Translations under genes and position numbers: made by a program
Notes under the pieces: generated by a model
The model's input: only the letters and a program-made list of their open reading frames with translations
What the model was told of the DNA's origin: nothing
Database searches by the model: none
Shown here: one piece after another, positions 23,179 to 38,100 of the stretch
Numbering within the stretch: the first letter of the stretch is position 1
Layout: each line of letters opens with the position of its first letter
Assembly: GCA_051362555.1 (NCBI GenBank)
Contig: CM120645.1
Coordinates: forward strand, 17,422,001 to 17,486,000
Source of the DNA: Lingula anatina
Taxonomy: Eukaryota; Animalia; Brachiopoda
Direction: 5' to 3'
DNA: 64,000 nt

Positions 23179-26100
23179 GTAAGTGCATGTAACTTCAGGG
23201 ATAAGTGATGGAATTTTAAAGTTTTTAACATATTCACCATAATTGTTGTTTTATGTAGCAAAATGTTCACAAGTTTAATGGTTTTTGCTCAAAATTAAAT
23301 AAGGAATAAGTCCATATGACTGATGTTGTCATTTATTAAAATGACGAAATGTAATATCATGATAAGAAGGTACAAGATGGGGTATAGTAACAACTTAAAA
23401 TTAAATGATCACACATACATACCCCATATAATAGAGCAACAAGTTTGCAAAGAACAAAACAATGGCAAAAAGATGTGAGAAGCTCACATCCCCGCCAAAA
23501 TCTTCTTTTAGAGTTGAATATGAGCAAAAATCTTTGATGTTTATAGTTTCAGTTTGACTATTTGATTCTAGAGATAGTATTTTGTTTTGCATGTTCTAAT
23601 TAGATCACAGACCAATTTATAACTTTAAAACATCTATAAAAGTGAATTTGAACATGCTTATACCTGCTTCACTAGTTTTCTTTGGATGGTTTACCAGTAA
23701 GAAACTATGATATATTACGTCCACTTCCAGTGAGTGGTAATTTAAGGACACTAGTCACGTAAAAATCCATTTCTCAAATTTTGAAGATTCAGCACTCAAT
23801 CTATACACTAGACATATGTTTTAATCGGTCCCCAACATTTAAAAAGAATAAAAACTACCTATTAGTATACATGCTATATGTGCTTAACAACAATTTTGAT
23901 TGGGTAATGTGAGTATGGAATGGACAGGAGACACTTGGCTTGTCATTTATTTTTCTCGAAAATATATCAGATAATTATATACTGTCCTTGAAAGAGCAAA
24001 GATTGAAAGATAATTTTAGATAAACATTGACTGGGGAAATATCCAAAAGGAGTAAAGGGCTAAAGTACCAACATCTTGTTAATAATTTTACAGTGGAATT
24101 CTATTTAAAAAAGCCAATTTTACATAAATATAAGGAATTAATTGCCAAATTTAGGGTGTATTCCCATAGATTTTAGATTGATCTATCCCCGTGGGGAGTC
24201 TCACTAGATTACTGTCAGATAATCTGGCTTAAATGTGTGTCCCACCTACTACTCATCACATAATCTAACTGTCGAAACTGGAAGGTAAACAGACACAAAT
24301 GAAAATTAAGAACCTGTAAACTATGTATTTTAAATGACATCCAGGATGAATTTCATTTTATTCTTAAATGTCCTTGCTACAGAACGATTGGGCAGAAATA
24401 CATCAACATTTTATAGATACAAAGCAATGTTTTCAAACTAATTAAATAGTTATCACTAAATATTTCAAAATTAAACAACTTAGGAAAGTACTTAAAATGT
24501 GCAACGGAGTTAAGATAAACATCAGTCTGATGTGTTTTTATTATTACAGTGCTAGCAGTTGAAGTTGTAGAGTAGTGGTATTGTTTTTGTTGTTATGACC
24601 TTATATTTTTACTGCATTTCATTCCGATGAGCCGTAGGGCTTAAGGGTTTAATTATATATTGCATTGAATTTCGCAAATAACGGGCATAAACCCTTAGGG
24701 TAAGAGAGATGAATGGGTATGAATTATTATCAGTAGTAGTTTGAAAAGTCATCTTCTGGGGCTGATTTAGGTCGTCTTCATTGTTTTCCAGAAGACGTTC
24801 ATATTTTCAAGTTTACATTGACGGGTATCTATTTTTTTCTGTTGGAAGACTGCCAAAATTGAAGGATGAATCAACAAAGAAAATTTGGAAGACTGTCAAT
24901 AAATAGCTCTAGATCCGCCCCTGATCTTACAGGTAGATAATGGTAGCTTAGTCTGACAGCTTACTTAACAAGCTGGCTTTCTCATCCAGTAGCACGTATG
25001 TCGTCACCAGACCACGTGATCACGTAGCTCATTAATTCTCAGATCTATATAGCTAATAGAGAGGTTTTTTGAAGCTCAAAATTTACAAAATTACTTCTTA
25101 ATTTGTGTATTTTGATAAAGATATCATTAGTTGGTTATGTTTGCTGAAGGATATGCTCTGTTCAGGCCATTAATTCTGACGGTCTGATGATAAACCTTTA
25201 ACTCCCCGTCGAGCATGAACAGGGTGAGAAGCCGTCTCTGATGGACAAGCAGGGATTGATTTGTATATTTGCGCACATAGCACTGTCTTGAAGTCACCTC
25301 ATGCCATTGTGTTTTGCCCTATAATTATGTCATCAGACTGTACACACACGTCAGAGAATGGTCAGTTAGTTGTTGCATTAAATGTTGGCATACAGTATGT
25401 ACCAGCACCTGCTTTCTCCCCCCTCCCCCCCCCCCCCCACACACACACACACACACACACGTCAGGCATGTATTGGTAATGGCAATGGTTTATGTTTCTC
25501 CTCTAATAGAGATCTCATGACTGTAGGCCTAGAGCTTTTGCCAAGAATTTGTTGCAGACATAGGTAAAGTCAGAATGGTTAGATGTATGAAGACCTTGAT
25601 ATTCATCGTTTTACCTTTCTAGTTTAAAGGTGTGCTGAATGAAGATTTTATGAGGGGAAGACTGGCCAAGGCTGAGAAAAACAAGTATTTTTTTGTACAG
25701 TGGAATGGGCCATTCTTCGGTGCTTTGACATTATGCCATCCTGACACTGCAAAAGTGGTCCTTAAAGGTTATGAACCCAAAGGGAGAGTATATGAGACCC
25801 TGCGACCATGGTTAGGTAAGTGATAAATTAAGTCTTTCTTTTCAAATGGAAACCCTGGTGAAAATCATGCTAGTGACACTGGTTCAACTATTAATTGTAG
25901 TTGAGTCGCCACTCCCATAGGCCCAATAGTTGAACCATGCAATGTTCTTTCCTGTAAACTTTTTTTTTTTTTTTTGCTGAAATGCATTATTGTACCACCA
26001 GCATGATAAACTGCACTTTGCAAATTTTCTATCCCTAATATCTCAAAAACCGGCAGAGATACATCCAAAGTTGCTGTTGAACTTGAATAGGAAGTCATAC

Positions 26101-29100
26101 ACTGGCTACCCTTAGCAAAATGAAAAGTGTGCAGCACATGTGCTGCAAATGTACTGCACATGTGCGGCACACTCTAGAGTGTGCAGTAGACAGCTTTGGG
26201 GAGTGTGCAGAAGTGTGCGATAAAAATGATTTCTTGTTGCACACCTACTGCACACTTCCATAAGTACAGATAGTGTGCAGAAAGTATGCAAGAGACTTGG
26301 TATTTCAATAGAAGCACGCGGAGAGTGTGCGATAATGTTAAAATTTGATCAAGAGTACGCAACAAGTGTGCAGAAAATGTAATTTTTCTGTCATGTGTGT
26401 GCAGAAAATGTGCGAGAGACTTGGTTTTTCAACAGATGTGTGCAGAAAGCTTGCAATAAACTTACAATTTGATCAGGAGTTTGCCAGAAGTGTGCAGAAA
26501 ACTCAAATTTTTCATCAGGAGTGTGCGACAAGTGTACAGGAAACTTAGAAATTTTAAGCTGTGAGTTGAGTATACAACAAGCTTTTAATTTTATCGAGTA
26601 TGCTATTTTAGAGTAATAACCTTATCATTTGATTATTTAATATGTACCAATACAAGATACATGTATATGCAAAGCCAGTGACAATTACACAAACAAAATA
26701 CTTCAATACACATTTTACTTTATATCCATCAATTAGAAATAATCAGTGCTTATATAAAATTTTAATTATTATGATATATAAGTGGCAAGTACACTATGAT
26801 TAATATTGTGAGCTATAGTGGGTATTTACCGGTATGTCACAGGCCAGAGAGAAATTCAGCCAAATTAGTCCAACAAACAAATCAATAACATTATGTAAAG
26901 CTAGTTATAAATTGTATTGTTCTAACAAACTATGGTGTTTATCTCTCTCAAAGTATGAGAATAAGTCAAGGGCAAAATAAGTTTAACAACATCTAATAGA
27001 AAAAAGCCTAATCAACCCTTTAAACTCATTCACTAAATCACAACTTTTGCAATGCTATGCCCGCCATTAAAAAAGATTATTATCAGGATGTATCAAAAAC
27101 AGTCATGAAATCTAGGGTTGTGGTAAATTAAACATGGCTCCTACTAGTATAATCTTGACTTTGCTAGTTAATTTTCACAAAAAAAGATAAAAACACAGTA
27201 AATGTATTTTTAGTATTTTTATGATGATATTTACTAACTTCATATTTCTTCCATATATTGAAAGTCAACCTTATCTAGTCAGATTTTAATCTTGCTTATA
27301 GTCAGATTTTACTTGACCTTGGCTGTTTTAAAAAGTGAAATTTCAATCCAGCCTAATATATATAATGTAATGTAAAAGTAAGTGAACATAAAGGGTATAG
27401 TACTGTCCCTCATAAAGGGTGGGAAACGAGGACAAATTAATATTTTTAAAGATACATTTTATTATAAATCATGCTCAATCACACTTTAAGCCTAAGGTTT
27501 AACAGTCAACTGATGTTAGAGAATGGATCAATCTAGGGATGGGAGCGCAGTCTAAGTATTTCCAAGTTTATAGGCCAGATGAAAGGGGTTAGGCTCATGA
27601 AGCCGAATTAGACCTTTTATCTACTTTCCACTATACCATGGATTTTTCAAATTTTCTAGCCCTCACATTTCCTAATCCAGAAGAGATTCACCCCTATAGT
27701 TATTCATTACTATTGAACTTGAGTACACTTAATTGTATTGGTGGTACAAAACCTGGTCCTCTTTTGTATTCATGTCAATATTCATTGGAAGTAACATATT
27801 TTTGTTGCATTTTAATAGGTGATGGCTTGCTTCTTGCCAAGGGGAAAAAATGGATGAGACAAAGGCGGCTTCTCACCCCTGCATTCCATTTTGACATCCT
27901 CAGAACATACATGGTTATTTACAATGAGGCATCGGATATGTTCCTGGTGAGGCTCTTTTTTTTTTCTCTCACGTATTGGCCCATTTTTTGTGGCATTTCT
28001 GTGTGGCATTTTTTTTTTTTTTTTTGTCATAAAAAGTATATACATGTATTTTTTCACAAAGAATTTGATTACAAGCATAGTTTCTTTGATCACCACTCTT
28101 CTTATAAATTTTTGTTGTTGCAGACCAAGCTTTCTGGAATGGCAGAGAGAAATGAACCTTTGGATGTCTTTCATCATATCAGTTTGTTGACTTTGGATAT
28201 CATTTTGAAGTGTGCCTTCTCTTTTGATGCCAATGTGCAGTCGACTGGGTAAGATGAGAGCTTAGAAATGGCTATACAGCCCAAAATAGAAAGTCCCTGC
28301 ACAGTCGTGCAGCCTCAGCCTAGGTAGTGTGCTGCCCCCTCGCAGAGTTTCGCCATCCACCCCTCTTCTGGACAATAGAAAGGGGAGGATGGCAAACAAT
28401 GGGGGTGTAACTGGAAGCAAAGCTTGTAGTATCCCAGATAGCTTGCACACTTTGGGCCAACGTTGGTGAATGGTTGGCTTGTTAGCATATGGCAGTATTA
28501 CATTGGCCCAACGTTGGCCCAACCACAGCATTATATGCTTATCCTTACTTCAAATACAAATACGTTGGGCCTCGAATACAAGGCAAAAGTGGAAATGACA
28601 TATATAGGAAAGGTTGTCCCGTGACCATGCTCTCTGTCCAACCTAGCTTTTACAGAATGTGAGTACATTTGTGTGCAACAGGTTTTCCTTTGTTTTCACT
28701 AAAAAGGAGGAGTCCAAAAGGAAACAGGGTACTTCTGTGCAGCATACCGATTTACAAGCAGTTCTGCAGACAACGTGTCATTTCATTCATTTCTGAAATC
28801 AGCAAAAGCGAAAACAACAAGGAAAGACTTAGTGGAGCCATATGAATTTGAGATTTGAAGTATTAGTTGCTGAGAAATATGGGGAAAGAAGATGAAAGAG
28901 TATGGAAACAGTAATTACCTGACGCCATATCAATTATGCATGTTCTGAATCCAGAGGTTGCCCAAGCTGAGTCAGGTGAAGTTGCAAGTGCTGCTGCAAG
29001 ACCTGATGGTAATAAACCATCCAGATCTACATATAGGAAAAGGGAGCTTTCAAATGAAAAAATTGCAGCAAATTTTTGAGATGTGTGTGTGTGTGTATTA

Positions 29101-32100
29101 TTTAAAAAGTTTAATGACTTCAACAGTTCACAACTTTTGAATTGAAGTTTTGAACTGATTTTTAATTACTGGTATATTTTTAACCAATTGTTTGGCTTAA
29201 AGTTCATGTGATGTGTTGATGTACAATGACTAAGGTCATGCTTTTAATATCTCTTCTAGGAAAAGGCATCCATACATTCAAGCTGTGTTCGATATGTGTC
29301 ATGATGTGCCAAGAAGATTGTAAGTATATTATTGTTTCATGTGACTGTAGAAAAATGTATATGTTTGTAATGCCCCTATTTCACATAGACCAAGAATCCC
29401 ACGAATGGCCATGAATTGACAAATTTCAGGATTCCTGGTTGAATTGTAATCAGTTTGTGAAGTTCTTAACAGATTCGTATATATTCGTAGTCAGTTCTTG
29501 CACTTCTTGACCAACAGGAATTGGTGGCAAAAACTTTGATGCCCCTATTTCACACAGACCAGGAATCCCACGAATGGCCATGAATTGAAAATTTTAGGAT
29601 TCAAGGTTGAATCATAATCAGTTCGTGAAGTTCTTAACAGATTCGTATATAATCGTAGTCAGTTCTTGCAATTCTTGATCAATCGGGAATTCGTGGCAAA
29701 AAATTTGAGCTGTTCAAAATTTTGGCCACAAACTCCCGATTCCAAAAAATCGTAGTGAATTTCTGGACAATATTCATGCAATTCCAGCCGAATCCCAATA
29801 TTCGTAACACTATCGCACCTGTATCATAACTGAATCGTAGAGCGTGTCTAATTAGACCAGAAAATTGGCAAAATCTCATGATTCCAGCCAAATCCCACGA
29901 ATATTCGTAACACTATCGCACTTTTCCAGAAGGCCCAGAAGACAGCATCCAATCTGGCCCTGTCAGTTGTGCATGATGATTTGATTTATAACAAACTACA
30001 TTTTCAGTTAGATAGGAATTGCTTTATTTTAGATATTATAATATGAAAAATTAGCGAACACCAAGAGAGAGAAATACATTGATTCATACTTTCTGTCAAA
30101 AGCAGAGCACACTCTTCCCCTTTGTCAGGAATAGGGATCTTCCTCTTGGCAGATTTCCTCTTTTGATGTCTATACCTACACAGGCCCTACCTTCATCCGT
30201 CCTTGCCGTCATCATGGTGCAACCTTTTGTCTGTAATTGTCTATAATTTTACAGATCTGGCGAATATTTATAAAATACAGGTCATTTTCGAAAATAAGGT
30301 TGCTTTAGACATTTTTCCAATGACTGTGCTGGTTTTGCTTTTTATTTGCATATATATATTAGTCCAAGAAATTGGTGCAGAAAAAAGGGTGAATTGTGCG
30401 TTTTTTACCTACAAGCATGAAATTTGCCACAGTTGTAGATAATGGAATTCTACGCTTTTTTGGATATATGGGCATGTCTGAAAATTCCAGTATGGCCGCC
30501 AAATCCAATATGGCCGCCACAAATACTCTTTTAAATTAAAACATCTAATATATAGTCTTAAAATGGTTTAGAATATCATTTTATAGCTGGAAAATATCAT
30601 GCTATGAATGAATTATCAATATCCGCTTCTACAGGTGTATAGAATTCCAAAATGGCCTCCAAAAGTAAAATAAGCAGTTTACTTACGCAAAATATGCAGC
30701 AGTTTTGTAAAATCACAAGCACTTACAATTACAAGCATAAAAATTGGCACAGTTATGTAGAACATGATTCTAAGCAACGTTGGATATAGGGGCATGTCTG
30801 AAAATTCCAATATGGCAGCCAATTTCAATATTGCCCCCAAAATACCCTTTCAAGGTGAAAGTTATTTGTATAGTCTTTTATAAAAATATCATTTAATGGT
30901 TAGAAAATACCATTGTATGTATGAAGTATCAGTATCTGCCACTTAAGGTTTTAAAATTCCAAAATGGCCTCCAAAAGTCAGCAGACCACAACTATTGAAT
31001 TGTAATCACTCGGGAATAGGCATGTTGGCTTTGCAAACTACCTGTATAATCAGCATATTCCTACCTGTGCAGGAGCTATTCTACAGAGTTTTTAAAAAAC
31101 CATCAAGCATGATACATTTATTATATACTGAAAAAAGTCCTTCTTTTGATAAACCAACATAAGTAGTTTGACTTTTTGCTCTGGATTCTCATTTAGATCA
31201 ATTCCCAGTTAGCAATCTTCTTATATGGCACTCATGAGTGACTCCCCCTTTCTAAGAAAAAAAGTATCGTGCAAAATCCATAAAATGTGAAAGAAACACC
31301 AGAATAACTTAGCCTTAAAGAGGCAAATATAAAAAACTTGGGGTGTACCAATTTTGTGTTGGTTATGATTCTTCAGCTAGATCAGTGCATGGCGCTTCAT
31401 CAAATGCTCATAAATATAACAAAAATGACAGCTAATCAAACATACAGGTCTCAACAATTTGGTGTTTTTCATTGGTAAAGTACTAAAAGCAGGGCACATT
31501 TGCACTCGATAATGTTATGATGTTATCTTGTGCTTCAAAAATAAATTAGAAAAGCTTCTTATTTAAAAAATTGGCTTTAGTACATTCGCAGTAATGGCTA
31601 CCGAGAATTTAGTGAAAATTTATGAGCAAAGAAATACCTGTACCCCAAACAGAGGGCAGGTGTTGATACGTGCTGTATCCAAGAGTTGCATTGCAGACTT
31701 CACACTTCGTGCACTAAAAAAAGAAGCACTGATCTATAGGCGCCAAACTTTGGTTTTCATTTGATCATTTGGCAACTTGTTTAGTTACAAACTTACACTT
31801 TCAAAAAACTGAACATGAAAATAAAAGAATAAAAGAATCCTCCAGACAGTTAATACATACAAAACTTCAAAAAACGATGTATTCTGAGGATTACACCAAG
31901 AAATTAGTGCAATATGGACTTTGAAAGGTAAAAATTCATGAGATTTCCGGCATCATTGTCTCTGTGGGACAATCCAGAATGAAGCCATGAGGAGTATTCA
32001 CTTACCCAGCTTACAAATCTACCAGGTAGCTCCTAACACATCTGTTTGTAGTTATGTGTGCAGTTGCTAACTGTGGTGAGGGGAGTCAGAAGCATTGGAA

Positions 32101-35100
32101 GACTGGTGCTATAAGGGTTCACACTAGTAACCTACATCTAAGAGTATGCCCTTCCACACTTACATGTTCCTATGGACCGTCATGCATGTAAACTGAGTCA
32201 GAAGCATTGGAAGACTGGTCCTATAAGGGTTCACACTAGTAACCTACATCTACTACTATGCCCTACCACACTTTCATATTCCTATTGACCCTCATGCATG
32301 TAAACTGATGCTTTCTGGTGTTAAAAACGACCAATGCCTCTTGGTATTTTGTTGGGGAAAGTGGATTACATGTAGAAGCTTTAGCTTTAAGGAAATACTG
32401 GGAAAGCTGAGGGAAACACAACTACTAGTAAAGCTAGGCACACATTAATGAATGAAAATTATTTAACCAAATAAGTAGAAATTTCGGTGTAGCTAGCTGT
32501 TATCCTCTGTTGAGATATTGTCCATTTTCTAAAGTAAAAGGTTGACCGCCCATAAAACACTTACTTGATAAAATAACTTTTGTTAATTTGAAACTTATTT
32601 GTGAAAATACCTTGACATTTTCATATCCTTGACATTTATAGAATTGCTGCATGTGGTGTCACAACTAGACCAAAAGGAGTCCTGTTCCATTTTTTTATGG
32701 TCATTTGGGTCTAAATGTAACTAAAGGAGCGAAAAACCAAAAAAGAGTAAAGACTGTTGTCAGTCAGATTATATAGTAGTCTTTTTTTACTTTAAAAGGG
32801 TTTTAGTGGCCATATTAGAATATTCAGACATGTCCCTATATAACAAATTGCTTAGAATCCTGTTCTGTACAATTGAGCCAATTTTCATGCTTGTAGTTTT
32901 AAGTGCATGATGAATTCACCATACTGCTGCTGTGAGTGGCCTGTTCTTCTTATTTTTGGAGGCCATTTTGGATTTCTATACACTTAAAGAATCAAATATT
33001 GATACTTCATGCATACCATAGTCTTGTCTAACCATAAAATGTTATCTTAAGTTATTATAGGATTATATATACTTGAAGTTTTAATTTGAACGGGTATTTG
33101 TGTCAGCTATATTGGATTTGGGGGCCATATATTGAAATTTTTAGACATGCTCATACATCCAAAAGTGCTTGGAATCCTGTTTTACAACTGTACCAAATGC
33201 CATGCTTGTAGTTTTTGATGAATTAACCACTCTGCTGGATATCTTGGATTAGTAGATTGCTTTTTACTATTGGCGGCCATTTTGGATTTAATACACCTAA
33301 AAAAGCAAATATTGATTCTGAATTCATACCGTGGTGTTTTTTAACCTTTGTATGATATTTACGCCCTTAAAAGACTATGTACTTGAAGTTTAAATTAGAA
33401 GCCATATTTTTGGAGGCCATATTGGATTTGAAGGCCATTTTTAAATTTTCGGATATGCCCATACATCCAAACTTGCTCAGAATTTCATTTTCCACAAACC
33501 TGCCAAATTTTATGTTTGTAGTTTTAAGTGCTTGATGAATTCCCCATTCAAATGGATATCTTGAATAAATGGTCTGCTTTTTTTACTTTTGGCGGCCATT
33601 TTGGATTTAACACACCTGAAGGATTCATACCATGGTGTTTTCTAACCTTTATATGATATTTTAAGTCATTAGAAGACTATGTACTTGAAGTTTTAATTTG
33701 AATAGGTATTTTGGTGGCCATATTGGATTTGACGGCCATTTTGGAATTTTCGGACATGCCCATATATCCAAATTTGCTTAGAATTTTATTGTCCATAGGT
33801 GTGCCAAATTTCATGCTTGTAGGTAAAAAATGCACAATTTTTCACCAATTTCCTGGACTATATGGCACCCAAAGTGTCACCTAAGATAAGCAGCAATTTA
33901 TGCTAAACACGTGTTTCAAGCATGTTTTATCTCCCTTTTTAAATCTTAGACTGGGTTCCCACAGATTTAGATCGGTCCATCTGGATCAACCTAATTCCCT
34001 GGGGGTTCACACTAAATTGCTGTCAGCTCTCTGGAGCAGAGCGCGCACAAAAGTTAATTACCCCCTTACAGCTTTTAGTAGGCGGGACAGACATTTAAGC
34101 CGGCTAAGCTGACAGCAATCTAATGAGACTCCCCAGGGGGAATGTGGGAATGGTCTCTTGCTGTGTACAACATTTGCTAACATTACCTGAGATTGAAATG
34201 GACGACAGTTCACAATTTCCCTTTATTTATTTCCGCCACTGTAAGCAGTCTGAAAGGAATGCTATCTCACTATTGTCAAACTTCAAGAATGATTCTTGGG
34301 ATTGAAATGTAGCTTTAGTTGGAATAAACACCCAAATTAGATTATTGTTCCCAAAGTTATACAGTTTATTATTATAATTATTTTATTTTTTTGTGAAGTG
34401 TTCATCTTTCACATGTTAGCATTTTGAATGTGCGACTTTAAAACCCCATGGGACTAAATCCCACTGCTATACACATTTTCTGAATGCTCATATAACCTAT
34501 GGAAAATTGAAGATAATCTATAGAAAATTATTAAAAACTGATTCCTAGGAGTGACATGCAGCCTAGATTAAAAACCCAACTCGGTTGGATTATTTTTCTT
34601 GAAAATATGTATGTTTTGTGAAATTTTCATTTTTGTCATTCTGGCTTTTTCAGTGTATGGATTTTAACTCTCATGGGCCTGAAGCCATATGCTGATTACT
34701 TAATATTCTTAATATCCATATTACCTGCTTTGCATAATTAAAATTTTATGTTGGTTTTGCTGTTACGCATTATGTAATAATGCATCAAATTTACAAAATG
34801 ATTTATTTATTGTATTGTTATGGTGATAACTTGATCTCTTCAATGGGGGGAAATTGTGAATTTTACAGATACATGTGCTGTATTTTTAAATTAAGATTGA
34901 GAACATTCCTGATGAATGGCAGCAACAAAATAAAACAGCAGGCTTCTCTATAGCTTTTTTCCAACTCGGCAAAAGCACATAAAATATGCTATATAGAAAT
35001 AATATTTTTATGATTATTAATTAGGTATCTGATTGTTTGATAATTTTTGCCCATTGAAAAGATTACTGTAACATTATTTTCTGCTTTCCGTCAGTACATT

Positions 35101-38100
35101 TCAATTGACATTTGCTGCCTTGTTTATTTTTATGAAAAGGAAGAAATTTTAGGGAAGGGATTTTCAGCATTCTCTCTCCCCATTCTTATTTAATATGGAA
35201 AAACATACACCAGGTTTTATTTATATTTTTTATTTATTACTTTTAGTACAAATCCTCTGTTTATCCTGTATCCCAAGCTATACATGCTTACATCTAGAGG
35301 AAGGCGGTTTCAAGAGAGCTGTGACATAGTTCATAGGGAGGCAAACCATGTCATTGCAAAAAGAAAAAAAGAATTAGTAAGATCATAATAGGCATAATTC
35401 TAAATAAACATTGACTAAATTAAGGTCAGTACAAGGATAATCCTTCTTTTATTGATTGAAAAATAAAAAGAAAGGAAAAAAACAGTGATAGAGAATTTAA
35501 GTAGTAATCAGTTACTGAAGCATCTCAACACTTGCACCCATTTAATGTACTTGTATGTTTTGATTTATTAGTACAAAATTCCACAGTGTTTATTTTTGTG
35601 TCAACAAGTGATTTAAGACTATCACCAGGTGCTACTTTATTTTAGGAAGCCAGTGGTGGCCTTTTCCTTAATAAAAAACGCTTGGATTTCTTGGATATTT
35701 TATTGACTGCCAAGGTTTGTCTTTCAAATTCAGATCATCAAATTTTATTTGTTGTAGCTTGTAATGCAAATTAAGCAGTTTTCAGTGTTTTATGCCAGTT
35801 TATGCCACATGTATCAATTTTGAGAATACTTATGTTAGGATAATTGATTGGCTTTATGTTTGTAAAATTAAGTGTTTTTAAGTCATTGAATATTAATGTC
35901 ATCATAGTTTTTAGTTTTTATTCTAATTTTCTTTTTTATGTACAGACACAATCTTTCTGTACATATAGGCATCACCTTTGTCTATCGTCACTGTGCACCT
36001 TCAGAGATTAGCAGAAAACCATTTGACCTTCTGTCTTCAAACCTGCAGATCTCATGAATATTAATAAAATACTGGTCAAGACAGAAAACCAGCCTGATGG
36101 AATTATTTTTCGTGAAGTTTTACTTTATTTTATTATACTCATGCAATACAGATGACACATTATGTAGAAAACCATTTGATCCGCGTTTTTCAAATGTTCA
36201 GGTATGTCAAGCACTGCTTCCCTGAGAGGCTTTCATAAGTTTTAATTTCTTTATCTAAGTGCTGGTCACCTTCAGGAGGGATCCCACACAAATGGTAGAA
36301 GTGGTTAAACCATGCTTCTGGACTACCAAGTTTTGCTGCTCTTTATCTTGGTTCAGCATAAGTGGCTCTGATGTCTGGCTAAAGCTTTTTTGGGGGTAAT
36401 TAACTATTGTTTAGCAGCTTCAGTGTTTAGCAGCTTCAGTAGGCATGCCAGACATCTAAGCCACTTTAGCAGTTTAACGAAAATCCCCTCGAAGATGGGT
36501 TGATCCTGGTAGACCGATCTAAGTATAGGAATAGGGTATTTATTGCCCCACTCAGAAATCACACTTTCAGACAATGTTCTTATATGTTTGCACTGACCAA
36601 ACTGTGTCATTGTCAGGGAAATGGAATCTTTCTATAGGTCTCTTCTAGAGTGGTATGCATTGTTGCTTGCCAAATCCCTAAAGGACCCATTAGGCTAGTA
36701 AATATTAATTTATCTAAAGCATTATTTCTTTCCATGTGAAAATGATGCATTTTTCACTTCCTAAAACAGTCTTAATTCAGCAAGCATTATGCCATTTAAA
36801 TCCTTGCTAACATTTTATCAGTTTTTAAAGCTAGATTACAGTAAAACCATAACAGAAAGATTCATAGTTACCACTAAAGTTGAATGGAAAGCCATGTCAA
36901 AAAATTCACATCTGACCTTAAACTTATGCTTCAAGGTCAGATTGAAAACTTTGTAACTGTTGTTTTATGATAATATGTATTATTTTCAAAGTCAAAATCT
37001 GAAATCTATTAAAATGTTCAGAAGATTACAAAGTTGAATGAAATGAAACATATGCAGCTTGTAAGCGTTGTAATTATAGTTTCAAGTGAGCTCTCTTCAT
37101 TAAAGCTGGCCTTACTATCTGGACTAGAGTACATGTCATGTTTGTACAGAATTTTCATCACATATTTTTCAATATATTTTTGGAATTTTCCGTTTATTAT
37201 ATCTTGCTAGGTTTTATAACTTACATAATTTTTAATTAAAATTAATATGTGCACATGTACATGTATGTGTTTGGTCTTTGTGTGAATTTTTCAATTTTCA
37301 TGCATTGATATTATCAACTTGAAGGTGTAACATTCAACTCCTAGGCCTAAAGCCCTCTGCCAGTGACAGTCTCAGAAAGTCCACACAAACAGTTTTACAA
37401 ATTTATTAAAATTTAGTAGTAATTATGTGTTTTTAACATTGCCTCAAAATTGACAAAAGCCTTTTTTTTTCAGAAAGTCTGCATTAACAGTTTTGCATAT
37501 TAATTGTAAATTGGTAGTAATTGTGTGCTTTTAATATTGCATCAAAATAGACAAAAACTTGTGCATTCCTGCACTCCTACTGTAAACAGCATGGGAGAGA
37601 AAACTGTGTTACTTACATGTACCTATTCTCACAATATTTAGTAGGACTAAAATATAGTTTTAGGTGGAAAACTAAACCTGATTAGATTCTTCTTCTTGAA
37701 ATTATGCAGTTTTTGAAATTTTCTTTTTATTCTTGAGGGTGTTTTAAATGTGTGACTGTTAACATTTTCTTATTGTGTCTGCTAACTGTATATTTAACAT
37801 TTTTGTGCCTTGTTTTATATATTTTTTATTTTACATATTTAGGATTCTGATGGTAATGGATTATCAGATGAAGACATCCGAGCTGAAGTGGATACATTCC
37901 TATTTGAAGGTAGTCCCTTAATTTAATTAACCATCTAAATGTTGCTCTCCATGGGATTTTCCTGCCAAAATGAATTTTTCTGGGGTAAAGAACACTTTTT
38001 TCCTACTCAATTAAATAATTTCTTGACCCATTCCTGCACTTAGGTTTGATGTCTTATTCCATCTTTAATTTAATATAATACTTACATATGAGTTTTTAAT

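Noticed and set aside
27638-27818. ATG at 27638 as the start of a 204-aa P450 fragment
   Set aside because: The sequence before the acceptor at 27818 is intronic. P450 similarity starts at GDGLL and joins exon 2 in phase.
35090-35246. 3' ends of family-A elements lying shortly before exons 6, 9 and 13, suggesting a role in splicing
   Set aside because: Distances vary (about 60-265 bp), the acceptors lie outside the elements, and these repeats fill much of the introns, so proximity is expected by chance.
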